Assembly: GCA_053919585.1 (NCBI GenBank)
Contig: CM132793.1
Strand: one strand, 5' to 3'
Source: Euprymna scolopes
Taxonomy: Eukaryota
Length of the DNA stretch: 64,000 nucleotides
The position numbers and the translations under genes were made by a program. How positions within the stretch are numbered: the stretch's first letter is position 1; every line of letters starts with the position of its first letter. Positions 53,441-64,000 of this stretch are shown here, piece by piece. The notes beneath the pieces are model-generated. The model did not search any database. It saw only the letters and a program-made list of their open reading frames with translations, and was not told where the DNA came from.

Positions 53441-54402
53441 TAAAAAAAATGCGGTTCATACACTTTTACGCAAAGAGAATGCAACTTTTTACGTTACTTG
53501 CCGAGATACACTTGTTTTACGTTAACTAAATTTTGTCGAGTGAGCTGCTGTTTATTTCGATCAAAATGTTTTATTTGAGCCGAGATACATTCATATAAAT
53601 TTAAAAGTTAAAAACTGCAATATATTTTCCTGCGAACCGGATGCTTATGAAAACATAATAGACAAAAAGTCGTATGAAAAAAAGAAATGTATTCCTCTAT
53701 TGATAATGCACTCCTCTAATTGGTGTATTACATTTACGATTATGTTGGCCATGTGTTTTAAACAAGGTATTTTACCGACAACAAATACAGAAAACTTTTA
53801 CGAAGCAACTCGATATATTCTCTCTCGATGATGTTTTTATTTCATTTGACCGGTCGAATGATTTGACGTCAGGAATTACCATTGATTCTACATGGTCAAA
53901 CTTCTATCTATTCGCCTCTGAGGCCCCCCCTGTGACCATGACAGCTCTTTCCGATGGGCTCTGCTGACTGCTCGAACCTGACTACCCGACCCAACCAATC
54001 TGCTAATCCTAGCTCCTATTATTGAGATCCCCCTTTTTGTTAGGCCGCCAGACGGGTGGTTCAAAACGTGACCAACTCACATAGCTAAGCACATATGTGT
54101 CCAAAACATAATTCTGCAAACAAAGAATTCGCAACTAACCTTATTTTTGAATATATTTTTAATTTTATTTTTTATACTTTGTAGCTGACCTTTTTGATTC
54201 AGTTTTCATGAAAGAATGAACAATTAATTATATTGACAATACAACCAATATCTATTTTATATGGAATTTAACAACAGCGAAATTCTAACATTACAATTCT
54301 TAATCTATTTCTTAACCTTGCTTACAAGTTTCGAGCCTCAGTTTATCCTAATCTAATTTTCCACTTACCTAATGTTGTTTCATGGGTATCTTTTTTTCCT
54401 AT

Positions 54403-54471
<69 letters not shown>

Positions 54472-54474
<3 letters not shown>

Positions 54475-55730
54475 GTGGCATCCATCAGTCGAAACGACTA
54501 TGGATCAGCGCCGTATTAAAATGTTGCCTGTTTGCATCCTTTTGTGTGACTGTAGAGACCAATTCTTGATTTGCATAGTCTGCCACAGCCTTGACATACG
54601 AAGGTTGTTATGCAATTTGCCGCTTCGTCCGGCTGTTCCGCCTGTACACTCGCTCTTCTCCTAGCTCTCTTTGCAGCATTTTCAACATGGAGGGTCCTCT
54701 CGCTGATGATAATCCCCTGGCGTATCATTTTCCTCCAGGCAGTTCTGTAAGATGCAGAGGCTTCCCATGTATTCCTGTCCACCGAGAGAGCCTTCATGTC
54801 ACGCTTGCAGACATCCCTGTAGCGAAGGTGGGGTCGCCCCCTCTTTCTTGAGCCTGGGGCAAGCTCGCTATAGAGAAGGTCTTTAGGGATGCGCCCATCA
54901 TCCATCCTGCGCACATGGCCCAGCCAGCGAAGACATCGCTCACGCAGTAGGGAGTAAATGGATGGGATGCCCGCTCTCTGCAGAACATCAGTATTACTCA
55001 CTCTGTCCTGCCATGTGATACCAAGTATTCTACGTATACACATATGGAAGACCTGGAGTTTCCTCTCTTGTGTCGAGTATGTAGTCCAGGAGTCACTCCC
55101 TTACAGTAGAACACTGAGGATGCACGCTCTGTAGACGGTCATCTTGGTGGAGGTGGTAAGGTGCCTGTTTTCCCAGACTCTTTTAGTTAGTTTAGAGAGG
55201 GTTGTAGATGCCTTTCCAATTCTTTTGTTTAGCTCCACGTCCAATGAGAGGGTGTCTGAAGTAGTGGAGCCTAGATATTGAAACTGGCGTACGACCTCTA
55301 GTGGTGTGCCTTGGATTGTGATGCTGGGTGGGAAGGCGGTTGCTTGTCCCATGACTTGAGTGTTCTTCTGGCTGATGGTGAGACCGAACAGGCTGCAAGC
55401 ATTAGCAAACCTGTCCATCAGTCTTTGAATACCATCTTCCTGATGCGATGCTATAGCTGCATCATCGGCAAACAGCATGTCTCTTATCCGAACTGTCCTG
55501 GTCTTTGTCCTGGAGCGGAGTCTGGCGACGTTGAAGAGACCACCATCTGACCTGGAGTGCAAGCAGATACCATCCGTTGTGTTCTTGAAAGCATGCTTCA
55601 GGAGTAGGGAGAAGAAAATGCCGAAGAGTGTTGGGGCCAACACACAACCCTGTTTGACACCACTCCTCACCCCGAACTCAGCAGACATGCCACCGTTAAA
55701 TTGCACAGTGCTCCTCATGCCATCATGAAA

Positions 55731-55732
<2 letters not shown>
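54472..55732 (-). mobile_element. Young 5'-truncated RTE (BovB-like) LINE inserted within a (TA)n tract
   Basis: SFHDGM, GVKQGCVLAPTLF, MLFADD, YLGST, RIGKAS, LRWLGHV, C-terminal CxxC..SRIGLYSH; ORFs 55101-55820 and 54516-55043 are the same frame split by one TAA; 3' stem-loop atccatagtcgtttcgactgatggat; (TA)n on both sides. Confidence 0.95.
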
Positions 55733-55803
<71 letters not shown>

Positions 55804-56127
55804 AATTTAAATAAACACAATATCTTATTTATTTATATGCAAAAACATGACTCTCAAACCCTAAAGAATAAACATTCCGTTGATTTTTATTCACGAAACA
55901 TCTGGGCAATGCAAATATAAATATTCTAAATGTATTAAGATTAAAACTGTCACAAGAAGAGTGCATGGCGTTTTCTAGAAAAACTGTTTTGATCATCCCC
56001 TTTCCATATATTATGTAATTCGTGACGGTTTCATCTATTACGTGACACTTACGACATAGCATGTATACGTATTGTATATCTGCATGAAGCTTTAATTACA
56101 GAAGATTCATCATAAGCTGCTTAGTTC

Positions 56128-56245
56128 GACAGTCCTGCGGTTTCGCTCAATAATCCCATTCCCGCTCGATACGTAGGCACATCGGAACCGCAGATGTAAT
56201 CCCCAGCCATCGGCAAACTTTCTGAATTGTTCAGTGGTGAAAGCC
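56128..56245 (-). mobile_element. Orphan Gypsy integrase fragment outside the LTR element
   Basis: Diverged copy of 57480-57597 (gacagtcct..cgctcaataat..attcccgctcg.tacgtaggcacatcggaaccg..cagccatcggcaaactttctgaattgttc). Confidence 0.75.
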
Positions 56246-56540
56246 ATTATTATTATGAAATAGAGATCAATTCATATATGGCATATATTTATACTTAGGT
56301 TTTATTGTCATGGTTTAAAAATAAGGCACTCAATTGCGTAACGCTATTACAACTATAATATGCAATATTTAAATTAAACTATTTGATATTCATACATACT
56401 TGTAGCCAACAAGATCAATAGTATATTCTCAAAATTTACTTCCAAGAAAATCTCTCCGTCTGTCATTGTCAATTATATATTTAACTGCCATGGTTATATA
56501 CGTTAATATACCGTGTTCTTTAAGATATAATATATACAAA

Positions 56541-56892
56541 TGTATCAGAAGTCTTTGCCTCGGGCAAAGCAACACACCTTTTGGGTTAAAATGTCAACCA
56601 GATGTACGCCAGTAACATGTTTAGTCGAGTACAGTTCGTTGTTCACAGCACGAGGTACACGTAAAAGTTCTCTATTAGCATGTCTTAAACGCTTCTCCCA
56701 CTCCTCTCAGCGACTCGCCTTTTATAATGTTTCCGGCACACTCAATTTGCATATACCACACGTGATTGTTCGGAGGCTTTAAAAGACAACCGCCATCTTG
56801 GATTCTATTGTTTTTCTTTTTCTGTCATTCAGACTGATGCCGAGATAGATTCTCAACCGTTTCTGAGGTAGGCCCTCTTTATGTCTATCACA
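56541..56892 (-). repeat. 3' LTR of the Gypsy element
   Basis: TG...CA termini; preceded on the minus strand by purine-rich gagatcatgagagag (PPT-like); direct repeat of 61304-61624. Confidence 0.85.
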
Positions 56893-58721
56893 CTCTCTCA
56901 TGATCTCATGATTTAAGAAATGGCAATAGGGTGGCGATCGCCGTCGCCGGGTGCTTCTCCGAAGGGGAACGATGTATGCCTCTTCTTCGCTTAAGCTCTC
57001 CTCTGCGGACTTGTAATTGAAGAATACCGCTTCCGCTGGGAGGCTACTGATATCAGAGTTACCTTTTGTGGGAGTTGCTGTGAACCAGAGCGATGTCTCA
57101 CTGGTCTCTGACTTTGAGTCAGACTCGCTTCCGTTTTTCACGGTAGCCGCGATTGTGTTATCAGCCATAAGTCCTTAATGTGACGGGCCACACCGTCGAC
57201 ATACACTGTTTGATTGCTGATCACTGCAGTGATGCGTTCAAGTCAATACTGTCGTACATTTGCCGCGCGGTTTTTGATCAAGTCAACACCCCCTTTTCCA
57301 GCCTCCTTCCAGTAACTTTCGTCTCGGGTACTGCGTTCGTTTCAATGTGCTTCACCCTAACCTTATACCGGTACAATGTGTGGGCCAGCTCTGTAGATGA
57401 TGAGCAGTATCTTTGGGGTCACGCAGTATAAATAAACTGCTTGGGACACCAAACAGTCCGTTCTGGCGGCGATTGTATTGACAGTCCTATGGTTCCGCTC
57501 AATAATCACATTCCCGCTCGGTACGTAGGCACATCGGAACCGTAGATATACTCCTCAGCCATCGGCAAACTTTCTGAATTGTTCCCTAGTGAAAACGGTC
57601 TGGTTGTCATTTAGTTTTTTTTTTTCCTTTGGGCGCCACGTTCGAGGAAGATGCCGTTCAGCTTATGGATTACTGCTACCATATCTTGCCGGCGAAGCGG
57701 CCGCATTATCGCAAAGCTAGATGAGTCGCTGTCAACGTGCGTTAAATAATTCTTCTTGTTGTGGTGAGTAACATCTATCGCTAAGCGGCTTCAGTGGCTC
57801 TTAACGTCCAGTTTTCCTTTTTCCCAGCGAGCGGATGTCGAGTCGATGGCGTGGAAATCCACGCAGCTCTCATGCACTCTTTTAACGTCTGCTTTTCGTA
57901 ATTCAGGGGCATTCAACTTAGCAAAATACAAGGTTCGCTTGATCCCTGGATGCCCACTTTTGACGTGGACTTCCTAGTTTCGATCTAACTGAACAGAATA
58001 CGCGGCTGCGGCGAAGGCCGGTTGTATAGGTTCGATGGTTCTTGTAGTGGCGTTAATCCATCTGCGGGGAACTCTTGGCCTTGTTCAGGCTAGATCTGAC
58101 CAGGGAAATTTCCATTAACAGCGCATATTCTTTTTTGATCATCATGATGTTATTGAGCCCCCGTCGGATGATCATCTCCATCGTAGCTTTAGTTCGTAAT
58201 ATGACCCTCCCAGTGAAGGTGTCTGAAATCCATTTGGGACGGAAGCAAAATCTCTTAACAGATGCAGGGTAATCGACTTCCAGAGGATCGCCAAGTTTAT
58301 CCCCTTGATGACGACATCCAGCTATACAAGGTTTATATGCTGGGAGTCCCGTTCTGGGCGTTACCAGCAGTAATATTCCACCAGTGCCCGCTCATTGACT
58401 ATTTATACGCCCGTTATAAGAGTGCTCGTATCAACCCGCACATTCAGGTCTCGGCTGGCGCAACACCATCTGCCCCGTGCAGGCGCCTCCTGTCGCCCTC
58501 CGGTGGGGACTTCCTCCAGCATTGTGTTGAAAGTGGCGTCGTGTACCACATCGTCTCACCAACTGCTGACCACAGACGTTATCCTCATTATGAACGCTAC
58601 TGCCACACAAAACCAGCCGCCCACATGGAGGTGGCCAACCAAATTTCCGCACCAAGAAGAGAGGTTTCTTCGCATAACCTCGCGGTGCATGTCTGGGACT
58701 TCATTTCCCCGTTTCGAATGC

Positions 58722-59610
58722 AGGACAAAATTGTCTGTGAGATTGATATATATGCTGATGACACTACGTTCTATAACCGACACGAGAGGAAAACAAATGA
58801 ACACATATCTAGAGAAATGTCAGAAACACTAGAGGACGATCTCCAATCTGTAGTGGAATGGAGACAAGTATGGAATTCCACATTCAATGTTGAAACTTGT
58901 TTCATTCAATAACGACAAGAAACATTCTCGACCACCAATAGCACTGGTCAAAGACTCTTTATCTTTAAGTACATTTTAAAAACTCCTCTGCCTAACCCTC
59001 AAAGGAATCATGAGTTGGAAAAATTACATTGGGAGCATAGCCAGGATCACTGCAAAAAGGTTATTTCTCTATAACGTGCTAGAAAGCTACTAACGCCCGA
59101 AAGTGTCCATGTACCTCTATCAGGCCACCAGTATTGTTGTCATATTTGTGATGGGCATCTGCTACTAGTCTGTCATATCTAGACAAGGTTTAAATTAGTC
59201 CTGAACTGTCATCGATGCTTCAGACTCTGTGCCATCGACGAAATGTAGCACCCCTCTGCCTGTTCTACAAGTATTTTAATGGTGAACCCTCTGAACGAAG
59301 TGCAAGCACTTGTGCCCCCTTGAAGTAAATACCCCCGACAAACCCGACAATCAGCAAAATCCCACTTTTCACAGATGTAAGAGTGTTTCCTACCCCAGTA
59401 GTTTCTTTCTCAGAATCGCTACATATTGGAAATCCATTCCAGGTCCATGCTTCCCCAACTGTACTGACGTGCAGAAGTTCAAGTGTAACTTGAACCGACA
59501 TCTTGCTGCACAACTCCCTACATAGTACCCCTGTATGTTATGTCCCTGATAGTAGTCCCCTATAGCAAAGTGGCAATATGACTTGTTTGGGTGAACATGT
59601 AATAAAAAAG
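58722..59610 (+). mobile_element. 5'-truncated CR1-group LINE (family A) nested in Gypsy pol, opposite orientation
   Basis: DKIVCEIDIYADDTT..EDDLQSVVEW; C-terminal DVQKFKCNLNRHLAAQLPT*; family-A 3' end at 59567-59609. Confidence 0.9.
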
Positions 59611-61303
59611 GAAGCCATCTTCTCCCCGGAACTGTAAAGCTTAGCTCGCGTGCTCCTCTACACGCGTTGCTAATACTGCCACTTTGATCACGTACACGTC
59701 ACCAATATATGAAGATGTTTCCTGTCTATGGGCTCTTCATGGTGTCAACAATCATTCGCATAATAGATGGCGTCATCTTGAGCCCGAACCACATACGCGT
59801 TAAACCGCACCTTCGAAGATCAATCACACACACATTAGACCCTGCTTGCCGCTATTCCCGTAATTTATCAGCCCACACGTCTGACCACGTTGTAAACGTG
59901 ATTGTTTAACTCCCTATAATCGAGCACCGGCCTCACTTTTTGTTTGTTTGACTGGACAACCGCCATTAGTGGGAGTAAACACTTTGGAGGCACCAATGCC
60001 TTCTCAGAATAAGGAACCAGCCATCCATTGCCGATCCAGGTCTGTAGTTCCCTAGTATACTCTACGCGAGCTCCAGGGGAATCTAGTTCTCTGGGGCCGT
60101 ATTGCACAAAATATCTGGCGTTTGCTCGTCGGACCACTTCCAAGCCACAGTTCAGGACTTCGTACACTGGTCGAACTTCGCACGAAAACCATGCTTATCT
60201 AGAGGGAGTGCCGCGCAAATTCACTTTTCGCGTTGGGAGAACGTACTGGTCCAGGGTCCATCTACTATGACTCCCCCCAGCTGCACAATTGCGCCCATTC
60301 CTAAGAGTAAATGTTACCCAAGTAGCTCCCTGTTCATAATCAGAGCTAGCAAGGCTACTTCAGGCCCTCTACCGATGCTTATGTTGATGACACCTTCTCC
60401 TCAAGTCAACACCGGAGATCTTCTCGTTTTCAAAGTCTTGCAATGTTCTTTATGCACACGTCTCTGGGCGCAACCCGTGTCCAACAGCGCGTGAGACTCA
60501 CACCCGTTAACGCGTTGATTAATGATGATCTGGGGAGACTGGCGCTGTAATTTCCTCCCCTAGACCGTTTTCCGGACAGGCACGAGCCAGGTGTCTCTGG
60601 TTTTTCTATTTGTGGCACCGCGATCCGCATGGATCTAGTTAGTTGACAGCGACGAAAGGCAATCACGGGTCCAATTGTTTGGACATCAGCATCTGACGCA
60701 GTTAACAGTTCTAGTGTTCTCGTTTGCTGGAGACAATGGTGTAGGTGAAACTGCGGCCTCTCGGGGTTGCACCGGGCCGAGGACCTCCTCATCTCGTGAG
60801 TCCATCAGCACGGCCAGCAGCTCTTTCAATGACAGCTTGTCCATTCGTGTTGAGGCTCACAGAAGTCACTTTGCATGGTATGGCAATCCATTTACGAGGG
60901 CCCTCTTTATCGAACACTCTGTTGGCATTTCACCTACCAGGCGTGCTAGACGCTGCAAATACGCCAAAAACTCACCCACGGTCTTCCCTGACCGAAATCG
61001 GCAGGTGGTGAACTGTTCCAATTCCGTAATTAATCCGTCCTGTAAGCCGTTACAAGGGCATGCTTTATTTCCTCGAGGTTACTCCGTTGGTCCTCCAAGA
61101 GTTGCCGATACGTCTCCTAAGCCGCACCCTTCAGCCAGCACGCAGTGCTCGCTCCAGCTTGGTTACTACGCAATGTTCGCACGTGAACGCTTCATCCTCT
61201 AACCATTCTACTATTGGAACTCCGTTGCTGGGCCACTGAGCTCGGGGATGAGTCGGAGGTCAAACTGTCTTAGAGCCATGATTAGACTACAGCTGAGATT
61301 GCT

Positions 61304-61624
61304 TGTATCAGAAGTGTTTGTCTAACCCAAAGCAACAACACTTTTAGATAATATGTCAAGCAGATGTTCGCTAGTCACCAGTTGAGTCGAATAGATTTCG
61401 TTCTCTATTCGCATGTCTTAAACGCTTCTCCCACTCCTCCAAGCAACTCGCCTTATATAATGTTTCGGCCACATCCAATTTGTCATATACTACACGAGAT
61501 TGCTCGAGATCTAGGCGTGACAGAGGGCTTTAAAACACAACAGTATTTGCCTCTTTTTTTTTCCTTAGTCTGTTTTTCAGCTGCCGAGACGTTTCTGGGG
61601 TAGGTCCTCTCTATGTCTATCATA
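61304..61624 (-). repeat. 5' LTR of the Gypsy element
   Basis: tgtatcagaagt...gcatgtcttaaacgcttctcccactcct...atgtctatcata aligns with 56541-56892, with substitutions and indels. Confidence 0.85.
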
Positions 61625-61861
61625 ATAAATTCTTATATATTTTCACATACAATTTAACAAACAGCTATTTTTCTAAACAAGCGCGATTATAGACACAAGC
61701 ATTTTATCATTTATATGTCAATGTGTTAATCGTTTACATATATTTAGAACATGATTAACAGTTATGGAAAGTTATTAAAATAACGACTTACTACTAATTA
61801 TAAGCATTTATTATTCGGATTATTCGGAGTGAAAGTTAAAGTAAACATTAAATTGTAAATA

Positions 61862-63540
61862 ATTATCAATGGAGCACAGGTCATCTCGTCAGCATCCGAC
61901 AAGGCCAAACTATTTGCCAAGAACTTTGCAGCTTATTATACCCTATGCGACCAAGGCCATCAACTCCCCGTATTTCCTCCTATAACGCACCCCGCTCCAG
62001 GTAATATACACATATCTGTGCATGAGGTCACCAAGCTGCCCAAGAACCTTGCTTTCAGTACAGCAACTGGTCCTGACGGTATTCCAAGTATAGTGTTAAC
62101 AAGGCTACAACCACAACTTGCCACCATACTTCCCTTACTGTTAAGCGGTGTCTTAAGGAGAATGCTTCCCAACACCCTGGAAAACCTCATCAGTATGCTC
62201 TGTAGTAAGAATTCGGGTGATAAGGCATGCCCCTCTCAGGGCAGACCAATAAGCCTCAGTTGTATCATGAGTAAGATACTGGAGTCGATATTAAATAGAG
62301 AAGTAGTCAACCACCTCAGCAGAAATAACCTTCTTAGTAACACGCAATATGCTTTCCGTTCTGCACGACCTACAGGAAGATGTGCTAACGGTTATACCTC
62401 ATAGGTTTACCGAATCTCTTTACCAAGGCTTCAATCTAGGGCAATTGCTCTTGACATATCAAAGGTCTTTGATAAGGTATGACATAAAGACCTACTTCAC
62501 AAGATGTCCAGCTACGTTATCACTGAAAAAGTGTTCTTAATCATTAAATCATTTCTCTCTGATAGGCCCCTAAGAGTAGTGGGTGATGTGCAGAAATCAG
62601 AGGCCCACAGTATTAATGATGGAATCCCTCAAGGGTCCGCCATGGACCCAACTCTCTTCTTCTACTAAAGTCATTCGTTGACATCTATGCTGATGACACG
62701 ACTATCCATGGCAATACATCAAAGGCCGTAAATTGCAATGTTCTCGCTTATTCTCTTTCATCAGATCGCCATCTGGCATCAATTGAAATGAGTGGCTCTC
62801 GTCCGGAGGGCGGCATGTATTGATAAGCTTCTGGGTTTGACCTTTACTCCTGATCTGAAATGGAACACATACATCAAGTCTGTGGCCAAGGTCGCTCGGT
62901 AAAATGGTGAGATCCTTCTATCGCTCCAGAAGATATCTCACTAATGATGGAATTCCCTACATATATAAAAGTCTAGTACGTTCAAGCATTGATCAATCCT
63001 ACCGCCTCTGGACAGGAGCTGCTAAAACAGCCCATCCTGCCTTGACAGAGTACAAAATATACTTTGTGGCTTCGTGGCGGATGCCCTGTTCTCTTCCCTT
63101 CAAGAGTTCTTCCACAGAAGAGACGTTGCGAAACTGTCTCTTTTTCATCGGTATGGCAATTGCTCGTCTGAGCTCCATTCTGTGGTCCATCCTCGCCAAT
63201 GTTTCACAATAAACACCCGACTAGCTGAAACCACTGTCAATAATTTCCCCCACTCGTGTCTAAATCTTAACGTATATTCCATGAACAAAACTTCTTTCTT
63301 AGAACTCCACGCCTGTGGAACTTTCTGCCGTTTGCCCGTTTCCCTCCCGACTTAAACGTGTATGTATTCAAGTCCAACACAAACAAATACCTGATAAATC
63401 GCCCCTTAAATAATTCCGCTTTATCAAATCTCCAATACTAATTATTACTACGATACTAGGCCATTGATTACGGTACACACAATCACCCTTATCCCTGAGT
63501 GGATTCTGGACCTTGATAAGTGGTAACCTACATGTAAACA
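61862..63540 (+). mobile_element. 5'-truncated CR1-group LINE (family B), decayed with internal deletions
   Basis: TATGPDGIPSIVL, RPISLSCIMSKILESILN, QYAFRSAR, IALDISK, DIYADDT; 3' UTR shared with 11686-12921. Confidence 0.85.
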
Positions 63541-64000
63541 AACACCTAATATCTCCTGCAAAATACAAAATGATAGTTTAGTATTCCAGCAAGCTACCAT
63601 ACATATACAGCCTTCAAACGAATATACAGGCAGTGTGTAAACTAATAGTCAGCACCCTATTTGATCAAGCCATCCATAAATCCGTGTATTTATACAATCA
63701 CTTCATTTATAAAACCACTCCTAATCCTGCGTGCATATTTTCGCTATAACCGTTGAAATAGTCAATAAGTCTATAATGCAAATCTTTTTTTTAAAAAGAA
63801 TCTGACATAAATGGATTGAGAGAACCACACTACCTTACTATGTGAACTATATCTGTGCCTCTATTTAATTTAGTATGTAAAAAAATTAAATATGAAATTA
63901 TCCTGTCTAGGTGGGTTCACAAAATTATATCACCTGTCTATGTAAACTCATATTTACTGCATAAACACGAGGTCCCATAATTCATCAAATGTAAAACCGA

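Larger units (their letters stand above)
29213..55803. repeat. Dispersed long (TA)n microsatellites (about 29213-29282, 31097-31170, 33855-33905 with TG, 33993-34070, 41119-41191, 41428-41468, 54407-54471, 55733-55803)
   Basis: Direct reading; the span covers separate tracts, not one feature. Confidence 0.9.
56541..61624 (-). mobile_element. Complete decayed Ty3/Gypsy LTR retrotransposon with nested CR1
   Basis: Gag MALRQFDLRLIPELSG from 61279, protease ALLDTGC (~60480), RT KVRPVLDYRELN and YIGD, RNase H HINLVELD, integrase HVKSGHPG and CAYVPSGN.IIERNHRT-like, tail PLRRSTRRRR; two LTRs; ACAAA/ATAAA flanks as an imperfect TSD. Confidence 0.9.

Noticed and set aside
58262-58912. 216-aa ORF suggesting a novel chimeric gene
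   Set aside because: Antisense of Gypsy pol fortuitously fused in frame to the nested CR1 RT fragment
60675-61202. 175-aa plus-strand ORF
   Set aside because: Shadow ORF antisense to the GC-rich Gypsy gag
1-64000. Uni-strand (flamenco-like) piRNA cluster
   Set aside because: TE fragments occur abundantly in both orientations

Overview
AT-rich eukaryotic (invertebrate-like) genomic DNA, intergenic or inside a very large intron. I could not support any host protein-coding gene, rRNA or functional tRNA. The window is a layered transposon graveyard. Non-LTR retroelements: at least eight copies of two CR1-group LINE families (one young, 5'-truncated copy with an open 305-codon RT C-terminus at 13.4-14.5 kb), two RTE/BovB-type LINEs (an old near-full-length copy, and a young copy with a single stop sitting inside a (TA)n tract), a LOA/R1-type RT fragment, a decayed Penelope-like element (RT + GIY-YIG) and tRNA-derived SINE heads. 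LTR elements: a complete but decayed Ty3/Gypsy element with both LTRs and a nested CR1, plus a probable solo LTR. DNA transposons: Chapaev3, a DD37E-like Tc1, a mariner relic, a Mutator-type MITE with a perfect 9-bp TSD, and a cluster of nested foldback/inverted-repeat elements at 26.7-30.0 kb. Ten short N gaps limit interpretation. No novel protein system is evident. The most interesting signals are structural: the foldback cluster with a fully paired 25-bp pre-miRNA-like hairpin, a hammerhead-ribozyme-like relic between two (TA)n tracts, a structured GC island at 35.5 kb, and the young RTE as a horizontal-transfer candidate. Family assignments come from motif recognition, not database searches.
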